Source of the DNA: Chrysomallon squamiferum
Taxonomy: Eukaryota; Animalia; Mollusca
Length of the DNA: 64,000 nucleotides
Reading direction: 5' to 3'
Assembly: GCA_012295275.1 (NCBI GenBank)
Contig: CM022679.1
Coordinates: 12,462,001 to 12,526,000 of the forward strand
In this document: one piece after another, positions 39,706 through 53,576 of the stretch
Numbering within the stretch: position 1 is the stretch's first letter
How the letters are laid out: every line of letters begins with the position of its first letter
Made by a program: the position numbers and the translations under genes
Notes under the pieces: model-generated
The model's database searches: none
What the model was told of the DNA's origin: nothing
Seen by the model: the letters and a program-made list of their open reading frames with translations, nothing else

Positions 39706-41311
39706 TTTAATAATCAGAGTTTATCTTGACCATACACAACAGCAGATATTCCTGGTCAGTTGATTTGAAGCATTTTCTTCATAAACGCTATCATAAATAT
39801 GTCATATGAAACTAGATTTTTAAAAATTATCTCTTAAACTAAAACCTGTGAACTCTTTTTTTTCCCTTCCTTCACCTTCTTCTTCTTCTTGACGCCGATG
39901 GCCAAATTCAGATAAATGGTCTTGACCCAACTCGTAAAGATGATCATCGTGGCCTAATTGCCAAGGCAGAGCAGTCTTTTCACGCAAGATCAAAAAGCCA
40001 CAGAAATTCAAATATCCGAGGAAAGATGCTAAATTTGTTTAATTCTCTGTTCTGCACTTGCGATTAAAGAAATCTACAGTGAGCGGACAATGACGTGGTC
40101 TGTCTTTTGTCATCCGGTGTTTCTCCTGGCCGGCCGAAATGAACACCCTGAAGGTGCGTCATTACCAAACTCCGAGCTCGATACATTGCGCACAGCCCAG
40201 TGGTCATCAAAGAAAGGGATGACCGCTTGACCGCTGATTGCAACTGTAACTGGCGTTGTAGCGAATTTTAAAAGAATCGGATCCAGCGTCGTACAAAATC
40301 TTGAAACAACAATAGGCCCGGGTTACAGGACAAAATGCTTATTATTATTTTCAGCGGTGATATATTTTCAGAACGAGACGCTGACGTTTACGTTGAAATC
40401 CTAGTACGCCTGCAGAGACAATGTCAGCGCTTGACACTGTTTGGTTTAGGACTTTATTAGAGTAAAGTGTTAGTTACCTTTTTCCCCACTAATTCTCTCT
40501 TCGTAGAAATAATTTTCGGTGTAAAGAATAAATTGTCTTCGGAATTGTACGCTTTCCCCTGTGTTCTGTGAAAGGTGATCTTTAACAAACTTTAGTTTGA
40601 AACTTTAATATTTCAAACAATTTGACCTATCTTTTTTTAATTTCCTTGGCCCATTCGTTTTCTTTTTCATAAATGTATATCCTTAATACTGTATATGTAA
40701 TCAGAGTATCTTACCAAATTTTAATATCTTTTTAATAAATACAAAATAATTTCAAATCATATTTATTGGTCTGCAACTATAGTTTTAAATATATTAACTG
40801 TTTCAGAAAATAAATATGTAGATATAAACGTAATTATTACAATAATAATGGTCACAAAAAATAACAACAACAATAATTTTAATTACAACATCAATAACAA
40901 TAATCACTTAAAAACAACAACAAACAACAACGATGTTACAAGATATGTTTTTCTTAAAATAGCCAGAAACGTGCTGAATCAGACGAGCGAACTTTTTACT
41001 AAAACTTAAATATTGTCTGACCTAAATACTCAAAACTCAATGTCGTTCTTATGTATGGATTTAATCCTGTGAACAAATGGCATTGTAGGAAAGGGTGTAT
41101 ATGGCTTCTTCCTGTCCATTGTGTTCAAGGCCGCGCGGGTCAGAAGGACCTTGATAGACCTCTCGACCATTGATGACTAGTTGTGAATGAAAGGTCTACA
41201 AAAGCATTTGACCTACATTGAGAGAAAGTTGTAGTCAGTGTGGGATTTCCGTGTGTGAACCGCCAGGCGTGAGAAATTGAATTAAACTAATTCATAGACT
41301 GTTACAACAAC

Positions 41312-41538
41312 ACGTAGACAAAATTACTCACAAACAGTTTGAGAGCTGAAATAACAGATTCTGGCAGGTTGAGAAACATGTTAAACTTTTTTCAGTGAGT
41401 ATTTAAATAAAACGTAGACAAAATTACTCACAAACAGATTGAGAGCTAAAATAACAGATTCGGGCAGGTTGAGAAACATGTTAAACTTTTTCAGTGAGTA
41501 TTTAAATAAAACGTAGACAAAATTACTCACAAACAGAT
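41312..41538. repeat. ~100-bp tandem repeat, about 2.3 copies
   Basis: ACGTAGACAAAATTACTCACAAACAG starts at 41312, 41412 and 41511; copies are nearly identical. Confidence 0.92.
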
Positions 41539-44500
41539 AGGCTGGGAGACGATAATGAATATATGTATCGACATATATTGATAGAAATATATCTCAGTTT
41601 GTACAACATATAAATATTTAAATTCATGTATACATACATATAAACACATAATTGTATACTCAAGTACACCATACACGAATTCGTAGACCCACACATATAA
41701 TCGTATAAAAACATTCTCATACTTTCTCATACATTATACAGAAACAAAAAGAGGCAGTTTACTTTTATAGTATGTGAAGGTTTCATTTTTGTTTTGTATT
41801 TGAATTTAACAACAGATAATTTATATGACGAACAGAAAGAAATATTTTGATAATTTGTGAAATCTAAAATGAATAGACGAATGAAGGATTAACTAAAGAA
41901 TTTGTATTCAAACAGAAATTTAAATATATGGAGATCAATATATTTTGAATCAGGAATACAGATTTAAAAGTATAGAATAAGAGACATTAAAACAGAATTT
42001 AGTAATATATGTCAAAATAACACACCATAACTAATACATGAAAGTGAATCAAAGCAAATTAATAAAAATCAACAAACAAAAAAGAGAAGAATACATTTCG
42101 CTAACGCTAAACTTTAAAGAATGGAATGTTGTTATCAAAAACATTTCATTTTGTTTTTCGTATTATCATTATTTTGTTCTCAGTCGGCATGGTTGTGTTT
42201 TTGCTTCATCCCACGTATAAAGAAGAAGATGAAAAAAAACGAATTTCAACCTTTCACTGTTGAAAGTAAACAAATAATAAACACCGTGTTATTCTTATTG
42301 TGTCTCACAAAATGTTTTATGCTAAAACTCATGGCAAACAAAAAAATATTTCACTCTGGGATATATAACCGTGATATTGAACGATACACCTTGTTTAGCA
42401 GCCTTTACGCATACGCCGCCATTCTTACTGGGAATAATATTTTAACATGATCAAACAGAACGAAAGGTACTTCATGTTGGTCACTGTTATTCTTATTACT
42501 TCGGATCGGGTCGCGAGATGGTCACACTGTGGCCCCCGGTTTTTGACCCTATGGGGCTCTAAAGATAGGGTTCAGGATGAAAGATATTTCCGGTGGTCAT
42601 TTCAGGGTCCAGTGCATGCCACGTCTCTCTGAATTTGAGATTAACTTTATTACCCTTTGAGATCTGTTAGGGAATTAGTCACACGTTTAGCCTGTAAGAT
42701 TAACGCCTGCTGGGGACTGCCGGACAAATCAACAAAATGCTGTAACCAGAGAGGGTGCAAGAAAAATGATATCTAACGTAACAGAAGCGAAATATTTAAA
42801 ATATTTACTAAATTTAAAAAACAAAAAACAAAATGCTAATTTTATCCGGATGTGATGTACCTCTAAGGGTGGAATACTAAATGCCTAGAATTTCATATAG
42901 TAAACAGATTCAGCAATAATAGAAAAAGAAATAACAACAGTAATGAGAAGAAGAAGAAGAAGAAGAGGAGGAGATTGAAATACATAAGCAAGAAAAAAAA
43001 CAAAAACATAAATAAAATACATAAATGGTCCGATTTTGAAGTCCGATCAGTATAGGACGCTTTGTAGAAGAGACTAGGTAAAACATGTAAATAAAAATAT
43101 TTAGAGATAAAAGATGCATCTGATCTTTTGAAAAGTATTACTTCACTGTTAATCTCTGTTAATTTACACACTTTTTTTTCAGAATATCTGCTGATTTCAA
43201 TGTTCCAGATTTTATATATATGATACTGTCAGTACGGTATTGTATGACACAGATTCAGTCAGTACTCTGCTGAAGTAATGCGTTTTCCTTAATTCATACA
43301 ACTCCTACATTTTTTTAATATGACGATACAAAGTCGATTCGTTTTACGTTTTATGTTCAAAACATTCACAATGGAATGCCCACCCTTATTACGTAGTGAA
43401 TGATGTGACAATCCAAATTTTTCACTGGATAATGTCAAGCAATAATTTGTTATATTTTGTATTGTATATGGCAATGTCTTAAAGGTGTACTGCGCAGTCG
43501 TGTTAATTCTCCAAATACTTTGCTTCTAATATTAACTTGTACAAAAGTGGCTTTACTTTTAACCATCCAGAAAGGCAAACATGAACGGCAAATTCTATTC
43601 ATCACGCTAACTATGATATTATTAGAGGAATTGTTTGTTTAATGAATGCTCTATTCATGATGCTAACGATATAAATGCGAATTTTCTAACGCCTGTTTTA
43701 TTTTTCCCATACCTTCTAACAAAACGACCAAACAAATGAGTTACACATAAAATGCGTACAGTTTAAATATAATCATGTCGTCTTCTGTTCTCGTCGCGTC
43801 TTTATTGCTGGACGTGTGTTATATGGCGACCGTAAAAATATGTTACTTCACTCCGGACGCTGGTCAGGCAGACGCACGCCGGTCATTTCCTCTGGCCATC
43901 AAGATGCTATCGCCATTTGATGTGATCAAATGACGGTTGTTTGGAGCCGATTTCCACTAATTACACAAATTGTCCGCTCTTTCTTGTGATTAAGACTTCG
44001 ATAATTTGTGACCACAAGTTGCCCATTCTAGGAGCCGTCGCTTCTACTTAAAATTTTAAAACGCAATTTCATTTGCTTCGATGGACTGTTATTTACTGAG
44101 GTTTATAGTTTTACTGCCCGTTTTTCCTCGCGAGATAGCATCAGAACTTGTTACTGTCTGCGGTTCTATGTGTTATGAGGTTGGCTTGACCCGTGTTTTC
44201 ATGCTCAGATAAATGCCCTGATTACTGATGAATTATCGTTTGAATTTATATGACGGGTGTGGTTTACATAAATGTTTAAAAATTTAATGTGAGCTAAAAA
44301 GTTCTCCTGTTCATAAAATGAACTTTTTAATATAGGCTCTGATGGACTGAATTTCGAAATTTGCCATTTTATTTTGTTTTAATTTTTTTTATATTTTAAA
44401 AAATTTCCCCGTTATTGTTATTATTATTATTATTTTTATTATTATTTTTTTTTAAATATATTTTATAGGACTGTAAACGTTTCATCCTGTCCTTTATAGA

Positions 44501-46959
44501 AACAAAATGTGTTTTGTTGTTTCTGTTGACACTGGTACGATCAAGTCAGTTTTTCTCTCACTGATTTAAGAATTAAATACACACTTGTAAAATTTTCTTT
44601 TTCAGAAAAAAATATTAATTACAGCATAATTTACTGGAATAATTATTACAATAAATTAACATTTAGGTGTTTTATTTATTTATTTATTTATTTATTTACA
44701 GTTGCTAGTACAAGTTTTCCGAAAAGGAAACATGATCATTACTGTGGGTACTTGTTTAAAGATGAAATTCATCAAAATTGAAGCGTTTCTCATAATCTTC
44801 TTATCAGTTTACTATATTAATATCAAAAACATAATGTCAAATTTAATGAAATTAAAAATTAAAATTATATTTTTAACTTAAAAATAGAAAATGATTATGT
44901 TGTTTAAAAAACACATTTGCATAAATTTGTTTTTTCAAGACTGCAAAATACATAATTATATACAAAACTGATTTCAGAAATTAGTATTAATGTTTTATTT
45001 TCTACCTAATATTATTTTATTTCTGCAGTCTTAAAAATAATATTCAGTACTCATTGAAATAAAACTGAAAAGGAAAAAAAAATAGAAAAGGAAAGAAAAA
45101 GAATTCAATGTCAATTCTATTCCGAACACTTAAAAATGATAGTCAGTATTCACTGAAACATAATAGAATGAAAATAATAATAGCAGGGGGAAAAAATTAA
45201 ATATCACATCCTAAGTGTCCACCCTTAACTTGAGTAACATAACCATACACCCCGAGTTAAAAACGTGGAAATAGAAAAGTCTTTGATCGTTCTGCAATTC
45301 ATTAAGAAGACACAGGAATCTTTCAAGCCGAATTTCTTCTGCCCCTTGCATCACAGACACAAATAAGGGGGATGGGCGTGTCACCGCCCCACAAAGGATG
45401 GGTGCTGGGGGTCACGACCTTTCGGTAACTCCTAAACTTAGGAATAAAAAGAAGATTGATACGGGTTATAAAGACCGCGGGATTATGACTGGACGTTTTC
45501 GGGATTTCGGGTATGAATTAATCTCGACAAACCATACACGTAGTATAAGAAGATTTCTCAACTGTTTTTGTCCTGTCAGAAACTGGGGTCCACAAAGAGT
45601 CCAGATTTTTAAAAATGACCCCAAGATCAATGACACTGTGTAATGACGTGTAAAAATACAGCCTGTCGTGTTATAATCATTTTTATTATTTTTTATAAAA
45701 ATGTTGATGATACTGGCTGAATGCCGGTGTGTACTTTCCACGATAATCCTTTACATTTTAATAGCGAAAGGATTTATCCTTATTTTCAGTTTGCAGCGAC
45801 ACAAAATGTGGTTATTGATGATATTTGAACAAGTGCGATCATTTAAAAAAATAAAAAAACAAAAAAAAAAGATATTTTGAATTGTAAAGAGTAGTAAACG
45901 TTTTAAACGTTATGTCATTATTTTAGAAAATCATTATTACATAAAATAACTAATTGTTTAAAATAATTAGATAACATTAAATGCTGTAGTAGTAATAACA
46001 GATGCAGTATTAGTAGTGGTAGTAGTAGTAATAGTAGTAGTAGTAGTAATAGCAGTAGTAGTAGTAGTAGCAGTGGTAGTAGTAGTAGTCGTAGTAGAAA
46101 TAACTGCATTTTTAGATAAGTATTTTTATTATTAATAGTAATAGTTTTAGTAGTGGTAGTAGTAGTAGTAGTAGTAACAGTGGTAAATAGTAGAACTAGT
46201 GGTTGTATTCGTAGTAATAGTAATAGCAACAGTATTACTAGTGATAATGGTAGTAGTAGTAGTAGCAGTAGTAATGGTAACAGTAACAACAATAAATAAC
46301 TTCTTGTATTTCTGTCACAACTCCTGACTTCGTACCATTGATACCGCAGTGACAACCAACACGTCAACAGCGCCCACCATTAACTAATATTAGAACATAC
46401 TGAACGTCACTAGATCATTCTCCCACTAACAATATAAATATCAAATACCCGCCAATCATTACAGGGTGAAAAAAAAAACATATATTAAAAAAGAAAATTA
46501 TTAAAAAGTGGCTGCTGAGGTTGTCGAAAAGTTCATTTTCATTCAACGAAACGGACAAAAGAGTCTGTAAGCCATGAGCAAAACGCTGAAAAGAAATAAA
46601 TAAACGCCATTCTTCAGAGATTGTACCTTTTTCTACGAATTCTTTCTTTGGTGTCATAAACGACCAACTCAATTGAGATCAGACGCCAGACAAAACAATA
46701 TGTGTTTGAGAATGAAGTGGAGAGGGAAAGAATCACATCATATTTATGTTTAATGGGAGGCGTTTGCCTGCTTGGCGGTGCATAAACTCGGTTACTTTGC
46801 CGCCCCTAAATCGGTTAAAAGGTGTTTTTGAATTATACCCGTTAATAAAGGAACCTATATTCTCTAACATTTCATCACCAGAGGGCTTTTATATCTGTAA
46901 TTGAGTCGCAGTGAAAGCAAGTGTATTAAAAATGACAGCTCCAAATGAAGTTTCGTGGA

Positions 46960-47005
<46 letters not shown>

Positions 47006-47427
47006 CTCCCGTCCACAGCCACCAGAGCCCACATCGACGCGCAGGGCGGGGTTCAATGAGTATACGGGTGGGTTGCTGTTGTATCACAGTCGTTAATGTG
47101 CAACCTATCAAAAAAGATCAAAGGTCTGGGGTGGCCAGACGACCAGATGGCCGTGTCATGGTGTTAATAATCTATGTTGGAGTCTTTGTTGGTTGTCGTC
47201 GAAAGTCATTAGATGTACGAGCTATTAGTGGGCAAATCCATGTTTCACCTTCATGTTGAATGCTAAGAGAAAAACGTGAAGTATGTAAATTGAATGGGTG
47301 TTTAATTCAACAGTGTAATATATCTCTCTTTTTATGCTCACTTTCTTTCATTCCTTTTCGGCCTTTCTGTCATTCATTTTTATCTTTTTTCGTTCTTTCT
47401 TTCCTTCTTCTTTTTATTCTTTCTCTC

Positions 47428-47458
<31 letters not shown>

Positions 47459-48344
47459 TTTTTTCGTTTATTTTTAGTTTTTTTATTTCGTTTTTTTTTT
47501 AGTTTTTTTATTTATTCTTTTCTGGTTTTTTTTCTTTTTTTTCCTTTGATATTTTTAAATAAGGTAATTTCTATATTAATTTAAAAAAAGATAATAAAGC
47601 TCTCTGTTTATCATATTAATAATATCTGCGGCAATCGTAACGGTAATAACATACGTGTCAGCAAATAAAGTAACAGTGGTTGAAACTGTAATATGCGATG
47701 GAACAATGATCAGTAGTTTTTAATTTAATTATTTAAAATATCAACATAATCGGATTTGATATTTACAGTTAAAAGAAAAGTAACGAATATCCAAATAATT
47801 ATGTATAAATATTCGTTATTTAATAAACTCACATATATACTAATAATACTGATATTTATATTTTTGTCACATATATCTGTCACAATTGATAACATTATTT
47901 AAGATGATGCAATTAAATCGTCACAAATATGTATAATAATTGTTCTGTATGCTGCAACGAATTTCATAATTACTATAGTTTTTACCATTTACTAGTTAAG
48001 CTTGTGTCTCGTTACCGTGTGGTTATGACACTAATACGAAAATTCGATGACAATTATCGGCGATTGTTGTCTGTATGTTACAACATGTTGGCAAACGACT
48101 GTTAAAGATGCGTTATTATCTGATGGAAGATAACCAGTTTAGTGTCATCGCCTTGTGCACGTTCACGCCACATTAATATTTAACTTCAGCCACGACAGTT
48201 CAGTGTCGACACGATTTATTTAACAAGCGAAAACTAAAACTTAATAATAACCTGAGCCGTGTCAGCAGAATTAGTGTAACAAGACAATAATAGTTACACT
48301 TGCATAATCGAGGCAGAAATAGAAACAATGAATTTGATTCAGTG

Positions 48345-48545
48345 TCATAGGTATGGTATATTCTGATCTGGTATGATTTTGGTATAATCTGGTGTGGTAT
48401 ATATAATCTGATGTGGTATGATATACATGTAGTATGGTGTGGTTAAAATGGTACGATATAGTGTGTTTTCGTAATCTGTGACATGGTGTATCTTATTATG
48501 GTACGGTTTTCTATGGTATTCCTGTTGTAAAATGGTACGATGATA
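48345..48545. repeat. Degenerate (TGGTA)n pentanucleotide repeat
   Basis: Recurrent TGGTA/TGGTG/TGATA units with 5-nt periodicity. Confidence 0.6.
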
Positions 48546-49062
48546 TGTGTGTATAACGAAATTTTGTTTATATTCTACAGGTGATAAATAAAAAACATCA
48601 AAATTTTACAAATGTATTTCAACAACAAACTCGATTTCTAATATCGTTTGTATATAAAATACAAATTTTTTAATATTTATCCTGAAATTAACAAACAAAA
48701 AAGGATAATTTTATTATTATTTGAACCAGTAATCCACATTTATTCATACTATTTTCGAAAAAGCCAACATTAAATTATTTTTATGAAAAATAAGCGAAAA
48801 ATGAATATTTATCCTTTGTAACAAAAAAAATAATAATAATTGAAATTTGAAGCCGGGGACTAAACTAGAATTAGGAACGATTTGTTGTTTCTTAGACAAA
48901 TGATAATTTTCTGATGCCTATCAGAAATGAACGGACAATTTCAATTACTTAGCGGTGAGAAGCCATTTTATTTAAACTGGTCGTTCCACCCGTCACCACA
49001 ACAACCGTGACGTTCTTTGTTTGTTGCTGTGTTCTGTGACGACCATCGCGTGCACGACATTA

Positions 49063-49080
49063 TCGCGCCATCTTGCGGCG
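49063..49080 (-). promoter_or_regulatory. CTCF-like (or YY1-like) motif CCGCAAGATGGCGC on the minus strand
   Basis: The + strand reads GCGCCATCTTGCGG at 49065-49078. Confidence 0.4.
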
Positions 49081-50503
49081 AGTGTGTTAATAAGACAGGC
49101 ACCCGAAATTTGATAATCTGACAAAAATCGAGCAATTATCTATCACGGCACTGATGATGAAGATGTGTAGACAAAGGGCACGTGTGGTAAACAGAGAAAC
49201 CGAGGACTTCATCAACACAGCGTGACTGATCAAAATATTTCAACATGAATTATAACACTGTTGTCTTGCTCGTCTACCCACACACAAACACACACTGATA
49301 TATACATACGCAATGCACATACATATACAACCTCATACACACACAAACATATACACACACACACATACATATATATACACATACATACATACGTACATAT
49401 ATACACAATAATACATTCATACAAACATACACACATATATATACATATATACACAATAATGCATTCATACAAACACATACATATGTACATATACTTGAGT
49501 GTGCATAAATATACACATATACATACATGCATACATACTTACATACTTACATACATATATACATGTGTAGTACATACACTTGTATGTAGGTAAATGACTT
49601 TGTACTCGCATCTATGCATCCGATTGTACGTTATAATAACGAATGATATTCATAATTTAAATATATGTGTACGAGTTCGCGTTTGTGTGCGTGTGTGTGT
49701 GTGTGTGTGTGTGAGTGTGATAATCATTGTAGTAGTAGTAGTAATGATAATAATAAGTGTGTATAAGTTTTATATCTTGTTAAAACTCATGTTATCACTA
49801 ATCTTAACGCGATATGTATTTCCCTTCCTATGGGAAGGTTTGTTTTAAGGATCCTATGCAGCTATTCAAAAGGAACAAATCACGGATTGAGGCCAGGAAG
49901 TCTTTATGTTAAAATCACTAAACACAAACCATTTGTGAGCTATTTAATAACCGTTATGATGTAATCCTTAGTATAAAATAATAAATCGTTTTTCAGTTTT
50001 CTTTTCTTTTTAATTTTTTCATCTCAAATATATTTATTTTTTTAAAGAAATATTTTTAAGTAGCCGCATAGCTCGCACACAAAAACACAAAACACAGGAT
50101 ATTGGGTCATCCTCGACACACAAACACACACCGGTAGGCTGGTCATTTTTAACAAGGGAGGTGCTGAGGGTCACGACCTTTCATAACGTTAGCCAGTGGG
50201 GGGCATTTGATTGATAGTCTCTCCATCAGGGGATACAGAACGCGACATTACCCGCCCGACAGGTGCGAACAGCTAATGCATGTCCCTTCGTACGAAAATT
50301 GAATTTCCTTCAAGTCTTTTTACACAGTGATCTTCTTAAGCTAAGTACTTACTGTTTGCTTAAATCTTAAATGTTTAAGTCGATGCTCAGAGGGAAATAT
50401 CCACAATTCAATTTATCCTCAACAAATAGCTCGCCTAAGAGGTACTGACCTTTGTGAGCGATTAGTACTGACCCTTTGTGGCACGTGTCTGAGAATATAT
50501 ATA

Positions 50504-50536
<33 letters not shown>

Positions 50537-52172
50537 GAGAACATGAAATAAAGAAACTGTATAATGTTAAGAAGCATATCCAATAATTTATAATTTAACT
50601 TGTGGATGCGATTGTTTATAACTTTAATGCTTATTTTGTTTTTCCTAAACTCTTAATTTATTTATTCATTCATTTATTACTCTTGTAAAATCTTTCCCGA
50701 AAAATTATAAAAACAATTCAAGTAAGTTTCATATACTGAGGTGGTCGAGCAATACATACATATGCATTGAGTTTTTTCCTCGGGAAATATTGTTGTCCAG
50801 AATAAGAATATTTATTATAATTAAAACAGTCTTGACGCTTCGCTAGTTCAGGAAATATTGTTAGGGCGCTTTGAGAAGAACTGATCTTGTGATCGATCAC
50901 GCCTGAAGACAGAACTCTAAACCAGAGCCAGATTGTCATTTCCTTTATTTTTTCTAAAGATAATAATTCAAACAAAGATGGTAACATATCTTTAAGAGTC
51001 TAATGAGAAGATCTTTTAACCGTAACATAAAATTTCATGAATTCAAAACTTATTATTTAAAGTTTAAGAAACCAAAGCGACTTAAAGTAAAGCTAGGTGT
51101 TAATAATTTAAGGGTTCTTCTGCATCTTTCTTTTTCAATTCTTTATCTTCTTACTCTGAAACGGCCCTTATTTGGGGTATCATGACTTCTCAGATGTCGA
51201 AAATGAGTTTGCAAACGCTTTTAAAATAGCTACATTATTGACACGTGCTGTATCAGTTTTATGTACCGCATGTTATTATTGGATCACTCTAAACCTCGGA
51301 CTATCCCTGCTGAAGCGTCGTTCAAACCCTGCAGATGGATCATCCCATATGCATTAATAGATTACAACGTGAATCGAGTCAGCGGTGAGATACTGATCTG
51401 TATTACTTACACGAATTAGCCCGGAAAGAAACGATACCCTTGTCGTACTCTGAGATAACAGAGCCGATGAGTCTCGAAACCCCGTAATTTTGTGCAATCA
51501 CGAGCCGCACAATGGGTCAGAGTCCACCAGCCTGGAAGCAATGTCCACTGGGGACTGTCGAGGGGTGACAACATAATGCTCAAACACTGGTAATTTCCCG
51601 TAATAGGTGCTAGTCGCGTGCCAGTTGCGGTCGCCTGATGCAAGGCACGCGTCGTCGCTCGGTCGGACAGATAATCCGAAATAAGTGGAAAGGGACTTCC
51701 CCATTCTGCTTCGTTTGCTGCAGCCATTGTTCTCGTGTCGTAATTGATTCTCAATTATACTGATGGTTGGTAAACATGATCCAAACAACAATGCCTTAAT
51801 GACAAGCCTGCAGGCGAAGTCATAATGCATTTTTCCGATGTTCCTTCAAGGCGCCCGTCTGATGTCGTCCAAATGGTCATCTCGTAGTGTTTTCTTATGG
51901 GAAACGCAGTTCTTTTTATTTTTTATTATTAATATTTTTTTTTTTTTTAGTCAAAAATATAGACATATAGATGTTTAATATAGGCTGGATAGTCAAAGTA
52001 AGGTTGTTGAAGAAATGAAATCTGTTTGAACTTCATTTTCATTTGTAATATATTTATATATAGTCATGCCGATTTTTCTTAATTTGGGAGTTTATAATAA
52101 ATCCGTAAGTGTTCCCTATTTACTTTTAAAATAATTACAAAAATTTCTTAAAAAAAAAAAAATAAATAAATA

Positions 52173-52210
<38 letters not shown>

Positions 52211-53447
52211 GAAATTCAACGATAATATTTTACTTTCCTTAAATATTTTATTTTCAAAAACAGTTTAGTCTAAACATCTTTACAAATATTAATATATTAA
52301 AATCCATTTTACTAAAATTCAACACACTCAAAGACAGACGCACATAAATACCCTACTGCAATAAACTTCTTTTCTCACACCTTTCAGTAAAGAAAGAAAA
52401 GCAATTTATCCCACATTTGACACCTATTAACTATTTAAGTAATGTGCCAACGTGTCGTTTAATAATTACTGTTTTCTGTTCTACCTGGCTATTCACAGAA
52501 TCAAAATTACTTGGATCTGTGACAAATCAATGTTCATCAGCGCTGGCCGCGACACTTGGCACGTGAATGGAACACGATGACAAACATCACTGTTTTCATC
52601 AAAGAAGCTGATTATTACACTGGATGCATGTAATTTTTTCCTTTTTTTTGACAAAATTTTTAAAAGTCGATCACCTATTTAACACTCGGCTCATTGTATT
52701 ATTTTTATTTCCTTCAGAAAAAATGTAAATGTCAGCTAACCATTTAACACTCGGCGCTTTGTATTCGACGATTATTTAATTCCACCTGAGACTACGTGTG
52801 CATGTTACAAATGACCCAAACCAATTTCGCGGCTGATTATCGCTGGTGACATTCTTGTACGTTCTGACATGACATTTCTGTTTGGGACGGACTGAATGAC
52901 GAGCCGTGTCTCTCGGATACCCTGACGTGAGCTGTGCTCTGCTGGATGTAACGGTTTTATTGTCACAGTGACATTCTCATAGTGACTGTCTTTATTAACC
53001 TTTGACACCGGTATGTCAGTATTTATAAAATGTTCCACTGACACGCTGCTTTGATAGATGGTCTATTACTGATTTATTAAAAGATAGAGAATTTTTATTT
53101 CCCGTTATGGCCAGAGCTTTCGATTTAATATATCAAAGGTTTGCGATAGTCAAACGCCTGTCTTGTCGAGATTTTCAGCAAGAACACTTGTGACAATTAG
53201 CAGCAAATAATGTCGCTGTGATAAGAAATAATTCATTTAAATAATAATTAAGCTATTTGTTCATGTTTTTAAGTATCTACCTATCTATCTATCTATCTGT
53301 CTGTCTGTCTACATATCTATCTATCTACCTGTATATCTATTTGTCTGTCGGTCATTTCATTTAAAATTTCATGATATGCAACTTTCATTAAACAGCCATC
53401 TGCATTTCTAGATCTAAATGTTTCCTCTTTCCTTCACTGCCTTGTTT

Positions 53448-53576
<129 letters not shown>

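Noticed and set aside
41312-41538. CRISPR-like appearance of the recurring 26-mer at 100-bp spacing
   Set aside because: The intervening sequences are also near-identical, so it is a tandem duplication; the context is eukaryotic and there are no cas genes.
47071-47105. miR-2-like TATCACAG within a GGTTGC/GCAACC fold-back
   Set aside because: The stem is too short, the seed would lie in the loop, and the 3' part does not resemble miR-2.
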